The notes below the pieces were generated by a model. The model worked only from the letters and a program-made list of their open reading frames with translations. It was not told the origin of the DNA and did no database searches. 64,000 bases of DNA from Felis catus (lineage: Eukaryota). The stretch lies in the NCBI RefSeq assembly GCF_018350175.1, contig NC_058368.1, positions 218,676,001 to 218,740,000 of the forward strand, given 5' to 3'. Positions 53,756 through 64,000 of this stretch are shown here, in pieces; the first letter of the stretch is position 1, and every line of letters starts with the position of its first letter. The position numbers were made by a program, and so were the translations under genes.

Positions 53756-56425
53756 GGCAAAATGAGAATGTGAGCATGTAAGGACATTTCTTATAGTGCT
53801 GTGACTCCAAATCAATGCTCTCCTATGACTAATCAATATCAGAACTAGGACTGTTAATCAGCTTTAACCGATAGTTCAGAGCATTTCCAATTACAATTAC
53901 ACAATGACTTTGCCAATTAATTAAATTAAACCTCTGATCTATTGACACATTGCAATGAATATTTTACTAACTCTCTATAATACTTAAAGAGTATATTTCC
54001 AGTTTGAGATGAGTTGAAGTTAGGCCATTGTGGCATGAATATTTATTTTTGTCTTTTCTTTTTATGGCTTTAACTTCAATCTATTGAGCAAGTGAAGAAT
54101 ACTCCAGTTTTTCTGGATTCTTTTTATTTACTCTGCCTTGACACCCTGTTTTTTTTTCAGTATACTTTCTTTTTCCCTTTTATTTTATCCTCTAGTCTCC
54201 TCTTAAGGCTTCTCTCACAATTGGGAAGATGTCTCAAGGTTGTATTTCTTGAATAAGAAATATGGATGCAATTTAATATACAATGAAGTAACATTTTTAA
54301 ATTAAGCAGTCACATCCCCCAGTATCATTGACATCAGTGATATGTAAGTGGGCATATCATCAGGAATGTAGGCAATCACTCTCTGGAAGGAAGCTCAAAC
54401 GTTCACATTGTCAGTTAATATTGATGAGTCTTTAAGACTCAGTAGTATAAATTAAAACCGTGGCAATATCATTAACACTGCATGAAAACTCAAAGCCAAA
54501 AGACAGAAAAATACGAATGACAAAGAGTGGTGAAAAATCAAATATTAAAAAAAACGAAGAATTTTAAAATTCAGTGAAATAGAGCGCTTAAAAATACTGC
54601 TGACTAGGCTTGAATCATTTTGCTAAGTACTTACCATCAGTGATGACATTTTAATTCTCAAAAGATTCATTTTTTGTCCCAACTTTAGATATGATGAAAA
54701 TGATGCTTTAGTAGTTTATATTTGCCCAGATTAACATACCACCCTGGGAAATTATAAGGCAGGTATTCAATTATATGTTGTCTTATTCCAATGTCTAAAA
54801 GCAACAATTAAAAAAAAGTATATGGACACACACAAACACACACACACACACATACTGCTAATGACTTAGAAGCATAGTCTTCAAATTGATTTTTGTGGTG
54901 ACTAACAAGTTATACTAATTATAAATTAGATAAATTAACACATATCAGTAGTTTTAGTAATAGAATTTGGATTTTAAATTTGTTCTGAGCATTCACACAG
55001 AAGCTTCTAAAATCTATTTTGGATAGCTGCTTAAATGTGTGTATATATACATAATTATACATAATATGCATAATTATATATAAGCATCCATGAACATGTA
55101 ATATATATAATTTAGATATATAATTATATGTAGCATAATAATTATATGTATTATGTTCATGTACATTTTATATAGTCTCTTGTATATTACACATGGGTTT
55201 TATTCATCCAAAATTTTTAGTCATTCTTTCTAAAAAAATAAAATCACATTCATTAAAATATTCCTTCTAATAAGACTAAGATTGTACCACAAATTTAGGA
55301 TTATATTGAAATAATCTAGTTTCGTTGGCTTTTTATAATGTAAAATATAAATATATATTATAATGTCACTATTTCAAGACCAAAATATAATATTTATTCA
55401 GAAAGTTTTGATTCATATTATTTGAAATATAAAGCAAATAACTATTATTTCTGAAGTGTGACATCTTCACTCTCTCTAATGAACTTGAATTAAAAAAATG
55501 TAGCATTACAAAAAAAATAGGGGTTACCAAGAAAAAATCATAGAAATAAATATGGGTACCACCTATTTGGTCATTTGATTTTAACATATATCATGCTTTC
55601 TATATCTTTCCAACAAATATTTCACTTGCCTAATGAATACTCCTTGCCAGATAATAAAGCATAGTAGAGTATTTTCAAATGTTAACGATGGCTTGATGAT
55701 ACATTTCACATATCAACTTTTAATTTTAATTGCTGTGTATTATCAACCAAGACAACTAAATAGAAAAATACTTTGAGATACTTCAGAAATAATATAAACT
55801 AATAGTCTTATAAAAATTTTTTTGCATAACATGTTGGTACAAGTTCTGAATAGTTGTGATTATAATTAGGCAGGTGGCTGAAGATATCACTTCCCAGACA
55901 GCTGGTAGAAGTGAAGTAAAAACTAATTATTCAATTTGGCTTCTAAATTTTTATTTGTTTATTCTGGCATATTAGTGGTATTTTCTTTCCCATCTGGATG
56001 TGATAAGTTTCTTGAATAAGAGGTGGAATTAAATCAACCCACCAAATTTTTATTTAAACATCATTTTTTGCATAGAGAGATTCTTCTGTATGACCTTTCT
56101 GAGAAATAAATGTATAATTATCTGGATAATTCACTTGTTTTGAATTTTATATGACATTATCATGTATTTCACATGTTTAATCTGTTTGAACAACAATACA
56201 TGTTCTAACAGAATATTTCATGACTTTACACATTAGTGATAAAATATATGAACACATTAAAGTCCCTTAATTATTAAATAAAATTTTAAAGGGACGCAAT
56301 AAAACATGCTACAGTAACATACAACTAAAAACCTCCTATTTGCATTGAAACAAACCAAACAACAAAACTAAGTAAGGTGTTCAGAATTTGTTTTTCTTCT
56401 GCATATAAGAAGTTGGTACATGTCT

Positions 56426-56643
56426 GGGGCACCTGGGAGGCTCAGCTGGTTGAGTGCCAACTTCAGCTCAGGTCCTGATCTCACGGTTGATGAGTTCGAG
56501 CCCCGCATCGGGCTCTGTGGTGACAGCTCAAAGCCTGGAGCCTGCTTCAGATTCTTTGTCTCCCTCTTTCTCTGCCCCTCCCCCACTCATGCTCTGTCTC
56601 TGTCTCAAAAATAAATATAAAGATTAAAAACAATTTTAAAAAA
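56426..56643 (+). mobile_element. CAN-SINE
   Basis: TSD gttggtacatgt at 56412-56423 and 56648-56659. Confidence 0.96.
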
Positions 56644-57739
56644 AGATGTTGGTACATGTTAGACATGGCACCAACAATGAGGAGCTTGGCTGGAGCTGAT
56701 TTCTTATTAGATGAGATTAGTAAAAATTGACCCAATAAATGTACAAATTTTAAATTTGAAGAAAATCTCACAAGCAAAAGATACTCTTCAAATGAATTAA
56801 AAACCATACTATGAAAGTTCAACGTACAAATTAGAGCAAGGAAGACTTATGCTAGCTTGGTAATCTTTTATTAGCAAAAAGAAATTTTTTAAAGTTCTAA
56901 AAAGCCTAGATTTTATGGTTGATGAAAAGGATTACTTTAACCATAAAAATAAGTGACAATTACTGTAATATAAAGGATATAACAAATAATTCAATTATAG
57001 GTGATTACAGAGACAATATAATTTCAATATTTACATTATAAAAGAAAATCATATAATCAGTTTGGATAAAAAGTGAAGATTCAACTATATACTGTTTCCT
57101 AGATATATACTTTAAAGATACAAATAGGTAGAAGTGAGAATGTGAACCTTATATACTATGCAAAATAAGCATAAAATACCTGATTTGTGTTATCAAAAGT
57201 AGATTTATCAAAAGTTTTTGTTGACATAATAATGGACATTTCATAATTCTGAAAAGATCAGTGCATGTGGAACTCCTAAACCCTGAATTATTTTGTGAGA
57301 TATTGTTCCATGGATTTTGAAGTTCAATAAAAATGAACCAAAAACTGAGGAATAAAAAGATTGATGGATGGATAGATGGATGGATAGAGAAAGAGAAATA
57401 TTTGGGGAAGAGACATTACCTTTACTTTAGAGTAACTGATAAAACCAATTAGACAAAAAATATATTTCAGTAGAGATATGGGAGATTTAAAGAACACTTG
57501 GTCAAATAACTTGACCTAGTTGATATTTACCAAAAGACCACCCAAACTTTGGAGAAACCACATTCTTTTTAAGTGTACATAATTTATTCACAAAGATAGA
57601 CAATATTCTGTGTCATAGATCACAAAGATTCAAATCTTACAGACTATGCTCTCTGATACAACAACGTGAAAATACAAATGAAGAGCAATAAAATATATTA
57701 AAAATATCAACATATCTGGAATTTGAACAACACAGTTTT

Positions 57740-57797
57740 TGTAAGTTTATTTATTTATGCATTTTGAGACAGAGAAAGTGAGAGAGAGTGGGGAAGG

Positions 57798-57836
<39 letters not shown>

Positions 57837-57920
57837 GCAAGGAGGCTCCACCTCACAAATGCAAGATGATGACCTGAGCCAATATCAAGAATGAGAAGCT
57901 TAGCTGACTGAATCGCCCCA
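57740..57920 (-). mobile_element. CAN-SINE (internally deleted)
   Basis: (GA)n, atgacctgagccaatatcaaga. Confidence 0.85.
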
Positions 57921-58039
57921 GAAAACATATTTAAGTAACTGGTGCTTCCTAAAAAATAAGAAGGGAAATTATAAAAAGTTTTCAGCTGAATAATGAAATT
58001 ACACCATATCTAAATTTGTGAAATATAACTAAATTCAGA

Positions 58040-58135
58040 ATGAGTACTGGGTATCATATATAAGAAATGAATCACTGGGTTGTACTCCTGAAGCCAAGAC
58101 TACACTGCATGTTAACTAACTCGAATTTAAATTAG
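58040..58135 (+). mobile_element. Felid/carnivore L1 3' tail fragment
   Basis: gaatcactgggttgtactcctgaagccaagactacactg. Confidence 0.8.
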
Positions 58136-59374
58136 AAAAGGAGCTAAAATATTCCTAGGTGGAAAACTGTAACATTAATTATCTATATTAAAAACAAAGG
58201 TTTGGAATCATTATTTACATTTCACCTTGAAAAGTTGGGAAATCCTGGATGGAATATGCTAACCCAGTTTGGATACTAAACTAGCAAAAAGACGGTGGAA
58301 AAACAGGTGAATGTTAAATAGTGTTTGGAATTCAGCTAATAGTAATTTACCTGTTTAATTTCTTATTTTGGGCAAATATACAATTGTTTTATAAGATGTT
58401 ATCATTAAGGAAAACTAAGTGCAAACAGATACTTTTCATACTGTCTTTGCAATGTTTCTGCAAATCTGAAATTATTCTATAATAATGAGAGAGAGAGAAA
58501 GAGAACTAGTGATATAAACAAAACCAAACCAACAACCAAACAACAACAACAACAACAAAAAGTTGAAGAAAACAAATACACTAAATATCAGAACTGAGGT
58601 AGGTAAATAAAATAGAAAACATACACATGATAGAGCAAAATATAAAATTTATCCACTGGTTCTTTGAAAACATTTTTTATGATAATGACATAGCAGGATG
58701 AAAAGAAAAAAAACACTACCAATATCAAGAATGAAAGAGGGAGTATCATTAGGTAAACTAACAACATTACAAAGACAATATTCCCTTACATCAATAAATT
58801 TAGTAACTTAAACGAAAAGGACAAATCTCTTGTAAATGGCAGTTACCTATAGTTGTCTACAATTGACTATAAAAGGATGTATTTTTTGTTTAATTAAAGA
58901 GTCTTTTACATATTAAAGATACTTAATCTTTTATCAAAAACCTCAATTTTCATCTCACATTATTTCACTGGTAAAATCATTCAAAAATTTGGGAAAAAAT
59001 CAATTTATAGAAAGTCTCTCAGAAAATACATGGAGGAATATACTTGTAACTTATTTCATAAAGCTGCTATTCCTCTGTTTTGTTAAAAAGACATTAAAAA
59101 ATTCAATACCCATTTATTATTTAAAAAAAATCAGGAGTTTGTGAATTAAAGAACTTAACATACTAGAGATTATTTATGGAAAACTTATAACTCACTTATT
59201 AATAGTGAAAGAGCTGAATGATTTCCCCTATGATCAGGAATAGGCAATATAAGACCTTAACTCTCACCACTTCTGTTCAATATTACTGCCAGTACTAGCA
59301 AATTAAATAATAGAAGGATTACATAATAGGCATGCATTTTAGGAGAGAAGATGTAAAATTTTCTCCCTTTAAGC

Positions 59375-59613
59375 CGGGTGTGGGGAGAAAGAGGGAGGCA
59401 AACCATAAAAGATTCTTACCTATAGGGAACAAACTAAGGGTTACTGGAGGGGAGGTGGGGAGGATGGGCTAAATGGGAGATGGGTATTAAGGAGGACACT
59501 TGTGATGAACAGTGGGTGCTATATGTAAGTGATGAATCACTAAATCCTACTCCTGAAACTAATATTATACTATATTTTAACTAACTAGAATTTAAATAAA
59601 AACTTAAAAAAAA
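59375..59613 (+). mobile_element. Carnivore L1 3' tail fragment
   Basis: gaacaaactaagggttactggagggg...gaatcactaaatcctactcctgaaac; diverged TSD taaaatt..ccttt. Confidence 0.9.
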
Positions 59614-59629
59614 TAAAATTCCATCCTTT

Positions 59630-59820
59630 GGGGTACCTGGGCATCTCAGTGGATTGAGTGTTCGACTCTTGATTTCAGCCGAGGTCATAATCCCAGGGTG
59701 GTGGGATCCAGTCTTGCATTGGTCTCTGTGCTGATTGTGAAGCCTGCTTGAAATTCTCGCTCCCTCTTTCTCTGCCCCTCTCCCCAGCTCACAGCCTCTC
59801 ACTCTCTCTTAAAAAAAAAA
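59630..59820 (+). mobile_element. Older CAN-SINE
   Basis: ggggtacctggg head, gactcttgatttcagc, A tail. Confidence 0.88.
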
Positions 59821-59899
59821 TCACAATTTGCAGAAGACATGATTGCAAAAACCAAAACCAAAACCAAAACCAAATAAACCCACAACAGTTTTCAAAACA

Positions 59900-60402
59900 T
59901 ATTCTTCCCTTGTAAATTAGAGACTTATTTTGTCTTGCTGCCTTTAGGATATTTTCTTTTTTTAAATCTTTTTTACTGTTTATTTTTGAGAGAGAGAGAG
60001 AGAGACAGACCATGAGTGGGGGAGGAGAAGAGAGAGAGGGAGACACAGAGTCTGAAGCAGGCTCCAGACTGAGCTGTCAGCACAGAGCTCAATGTGGGGC
60101 TCAAACTCACCAACCCTGAGATCATGACCTGAGCCAAAGTCAGACGCTTAACCAACTAAGCCACCCAGGTGCCACTAGGATATTTTCTTTATTGCTGTAT
60201 TTTGTAAATGTAATTACAATATGTCTTGATTTGGCCTGCTTTTGTTGATTTTGATGGAAGTTCTCTATGCTTCCTAGATTTGGATGTCTGTTTCCTTTCC
60301 CAGTTTAGGGAAGTTTTCAGCTATGATTTCCTCAAATAAATTTTCTGCCCTCTTTTCTCTCTCTTTTGCTTCTGAAACTCCTATGAGAAGAATGTTATTA
60401 TG
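59900..60402 (-). mobile_element. Isolated carnivore L1 ORF1 fragment, interrupted by a SINE
   Basis: Encodes ENILKAARQNKSLIYKGR; similar to 36660-36920 of the long L1. Confidence 0.85.
59960..60175 (-). mobile_element. CAN-SINE
   Basis: Perfect TSD taggatattttcttt at 59945-59959 and 60176-60190. Confidence 0.96.
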
Positions 60403-60477
60403 GGCATAGGTATTCTTAAACAAAGTCTTTCGTGTTATATTGGAGTAACTAAGGTATATTGTATTAGTCTAAGAGCC

Positions 60478-60950
60478 AGTGGTGAAGATTTCCTCCTTGA
60501 TCAAACTTCAGTCAGGGTCTTCTAAGCCTTCTGCTCACCTAGGCCTGATCTTGGGTTTCCAACCCTATCCTTATAGAGTCCAGTTTTTGCAAGAATCTTG
60601 TCATAATATCTGATCAAATTGCCCACTTACAATATCTGATCAAAGTCTTCATCCTCCAACATCTGCCAAGTAATATCTGATTTTCCTGACTTGTCTTCAC
60701 CAAGATTGCTGTTAAATCAGTTTAACAAAGAATTACCCCTGATATTTCTCCTTGTAATTTCCTATCCATTGACTACCCACCCCTCTTTAACTATAAATTC
60801 CCACTTTTCCTTGTTGTATTCAGAGTTAAGCCTAATCTTTCTTCCTTGACACAAAATTCCACTGCAGTGCATCTATATCTATCACAATAGTTTTGAATAA
60901 AATCTGTCTTACCATTCTAACAAGTGTCAGAAATATTTTTTCCTTTAACA
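60478..60950 (+). mobile_element. MER31-like ERV1 solo LTR
   Basis: ctccttgatcaaacttcagtcagg start, ctataaattccc TATA, aataaa signal, tttaaca end. Confidence 0.78.
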
Positions 60951-62888
60951 TTAATAATAGAATAATATTCAACATAGAAGTCATTATTTTTGGCTAACCA
61001 TAAAAAGATTTTAGAAAAGACTGAAATAAGTGGAAGAAATAATACAGTGTGTTCAGGTGAGGGGTGGGTGATATTAGACAAGATGCCCAAATCAATTCCT
61101 TTATTTGTGTTGAATTATTTTTTCAGAGTGAAGAGAGGGGATATACGTTGGTAGGATACTTGAAAGAATCAAGAAGTAAATACATTCATACCACTTTCTT
61201 AGTTCTCCATCTTAAGGTCATACAGTCTTAGGATGGCTCTAGTCATTGTTTGTCAAAATATAAATGGCTTGGTCAAGAGAAGCAAGATAGGTTTTATTAA
61301 TAAATACATAAAAGAACACATCATAATGCCAGGTTAAATTATAGAGGAAAAAAAAGCAAACAAACATGCAAGTGTTGTATTCTTTTGGTTTCCACAAGGA
61401 CGAGTAAAATTTGTAAAGCTACCTTTTCCTCCCATGTAGTACTCCTCCCCACAGAATGGGAATAAGAATACTTATCAAAATAGGTAATTAAAAAAAAAGT
61501 TCCTATATTGGTGTTCCACCTCAGCCCACTATGACACAATAACCACATTATGTCACCATGCACGGATAACTTCTTTTTGTTTCAAATAACAAGACAAAAA
61601 AAAAAAAAACTTTGATGACAATATATAGCAAATAATGTGGATCAATACAAATTCCAATTTAATTGTAATTTTGGAGTCTTGTGGGATAGGCAATTATGCA
61701 AAATTTGAAGAGAATAACTATACACATATTATATAATCTATCATATATTCTATATCTTGAAAGAAGTAAAAGAGAGTAGACCCAAAATGCAATCAATAAT
61801 GTATTTTTTCAAAAACACAATTTTATTACATCTTATGATTTAGGGAAAATTCATGAAACTTAATCACATAAAAGAAGAAATGATTATATAAATGCTCAGA
61901 ATTTTCAAAAAAAAGTGTTTTGTGAGTACAGTATATGATAGCTCAAATGTCAAAGATATTTTCCCAATACTTTCAGTAAAAGGAAATGGTTTGCCAGAAG
62001 CCTTTATTTACTGTGTTATTTTCTAATTTTGGGTGCCTTTATTTTTTTAATTCATATCTATATTAAAGCTAAAATATTAATTGATAGTTATCAAGCATTG
62101 ATTTTGCAGTTTGTTGTTTACTAAATGTAAGAAAGGTGTGAATCTTTACTAATTATTATGAAATTACATAAATTGTAAGATTTCTATTTGCAGTACTTTT
62201 ATTTATAGAAAATGTTTTTAGTTAATACCCAATGAAGAAAAATTCACTGAAAGCTAGATGCATTCACCCTACTCACTTAATTAGGCTATAATTATTATTA
62301 AAATAGTAGCTATCACCCTATAATTCTATGAATCTAATGAAAGTACAATTTTTATTTTTTTAATGGTTTTATGATATGGTACTTGTGCTATGGATTCACA
62401 AAATTGGATATTCCAGTAAAAGATTGTTTTCCCAACTTTATAAATAGCTAATATAAGTAAACTTCTAATTTCCCACAATGCATTTCTGAATTTAGCTAAT
62501 CAATAAGTATTTTTGGTTTAAACAAGACAGGTTTTCTTTTGTTAAAAAATTTAAAGCAGTTTCCAAGACACTTTCTCACAAAAGGAATTTCAGAGAGCAA
62601 TCAATCCAATTTAAGAAAGTAACTAATGTCATCTATCTTCTACACTCCCAAAAATAAGCAGAGAAAAGTATCTTTCATTATGATAAAACAACAAAATCAA
62701 GTCTATTTTTAGTTTAACTGATGGGTTCAGACAATTATAAATAACATGGGAATAGAAAAACACAGTTTTGAAATTCAAGTAATGAAAAGTGATAATAATA
62801 ACAAACCCTGTACATTAATTGGAACATTCCATTATTTTTTAAAAATTTCCATAGTTTAAAGGGAATTTAAGAAATTTAAACATCTCTT

Positions 62889-63112
62889 GGGGCGCCTGGG
62901 TGGCGCAGTCGGTTAAGCGTCCGACTTCAGCCAGGTCACGATCTCGCGGTCCGTGAGTTCGAGCCCCGCGTCAGGCTCTGGGCTGATGGCTCAGAGCCTG
63001 GAGCCTGTTTCCGATTCTGTGTCTCCCTCTCTCTCTGCCCCTCCCCCGTTCATGCTCTGTCTCTCTCTGTCCCAAAAATAAATAAACGTTGAAAAAAAAA
63101 TTAAAAAAAAAA
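62889..63112 (+). mobile_element. Very young CAN-SINE
   Basis: CpGs intact; perfect TSD aagaaatttaaacatctc at 62869-62886 and 63113-63130. Confidence 0.98.
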
Positions 63113-63184
63113 AAGAAATTTAAACATCTCATCAAGTGCACATTGCAAACCAGTCACTACTGAGAATCAAACTGTGGTTTTGTG

Positions 63185-63335
63185 ATTTTATTTATTTATT
63201 TATTTACTTATTTATTTACTTATTTATTTATTTATTTATGATTAATCAATGTGTTTTAAATTGAAGTATTGTTGACATACAATATTATATTAGTTTCAGG
63301 TGTACAACATAGTGATTCAACATTTATATTTGTGA
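63185..63335 (-). mobile_element. L1 3' end with (TTTA)n tail
   Basis: ttgacatacaatattatattagtttcaggtgtacaacatagtgattc. Confidence 0.8.
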
Positions 63336-63817
63336 CTTTTGAAATTCTAACACTTGATTCTAGTACACTTTTCCCTCTCCCCCAAATTAAGCCTCCTATT
63401 GCTAACTTGCCTAAATCATTATCAAGTTTTGAGCTAATTCAAGTTGGGAAAAAAATCCCTATCAAATTTTCTTTGTCAGTAAAAACAAAATAGAGGCTAA
63501 ATTAAAATTAATTACTGTTGATTAATTTATTTGTAGCTAAACTGTAAGCCCTATTAAATTAGAGCACAAATTGAGGATATTTTCTGAAATGTAGTGATTC
63601 TTGACCTAGAACTGACTCGAACAAGTTCTTAAATCTCTCTTTACCTTAGACTCACGATTTACAGAGTTTTTTAGTTATAAACTCTCATTTCTATGAAATT
63701 AGATTTAACTGGCCCTACACACTCTATATCCTGAAATTTGTTTTTCTACACAAACTAGTTTACAAAGTATGCTAGATATGAAATATTTATCTGTGCCAAT
63801 ATTGAATTCTATATTCG

Positions 63818-64000
63818 TTTATTTTTTTAAGTTTATTTATGTATTTAGAGAAAGAGAGAACGAGAGGGGGAGGGCAGAGAGAGGGGGACAGGATCCAAAC
63901 TGAGCAGGCTTCATGCCAACAGCAAAGAGCCTAATGTGGTGCTCAAACACACGAACTATGAGATCATTACCTGAGCCAAAGTCAGATGCTTAACTGACTA
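63818..64000 (-). mobile_element. CAN-SINE cut by the window edge
   Basis: Tail, (GA)n, acctgagccaaagtcagatgcttaactgact. Confidence 0.92.

Larger units (their letters stand above)
56950..59360 (+). mobile_element. Ancient L1 (L1ME/L1MC-like) ORF2 remnant with nested elements
   Basis: EN-region caactatatactgt, cacattctttttaagtgtacat...cacaaagatagac; RT-region ttcccctatgatcaggaa...ctcaccacttctgttcaa. Confidence 0.7.

Noticed and set aside
62889..62960. tRNA-like A/B boxes
   Set aside because: tRNA-derived SINE heads followed by (CT)n and poly-A; not tRNA genes

Overview
Mammalian, not prokaryotic, DNA. About 30 tRNA-derived CAN-SINEs of felid type and carnivore L1 tails indicate a felid genome, probably domestic cat. 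The window is AT-rich and repeat-dense, consistent with intergenic sequence or a large intron. I find no intact protein-coding gene, RNA gene or CRISPR array; the ORF track is explained by SINEs, L1 remnants, microsatellites and GC content. Main structures: an internally deleted ERVL provirus with LTR41-like LTRs (5.0-9.6 kb); an isolated ~1.1 kb CpG island that looks like an ancient L1 5'UTR (15.7-16.8 kb); an unexplained decayed coding-like segment (21.6-22.2 kb); a nested hAT/LTR cluster (22.3-24.5 kb); a near full-length dead carnivore L1 on the minus strand (31.3-38.9 kb) carrying a locally templated inverted duplication; and many MaLR/ERV LTRs, MITEs and L1/L2/MIR fragments. Family names come from my recall of consensus sequences, not from a database search. 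I found no convincing evidence of a new biological system. The best leads are the CpG island with an apparent AT-to-GC substitution bias, the templated inverted insertion and the orphan decayed ORF.
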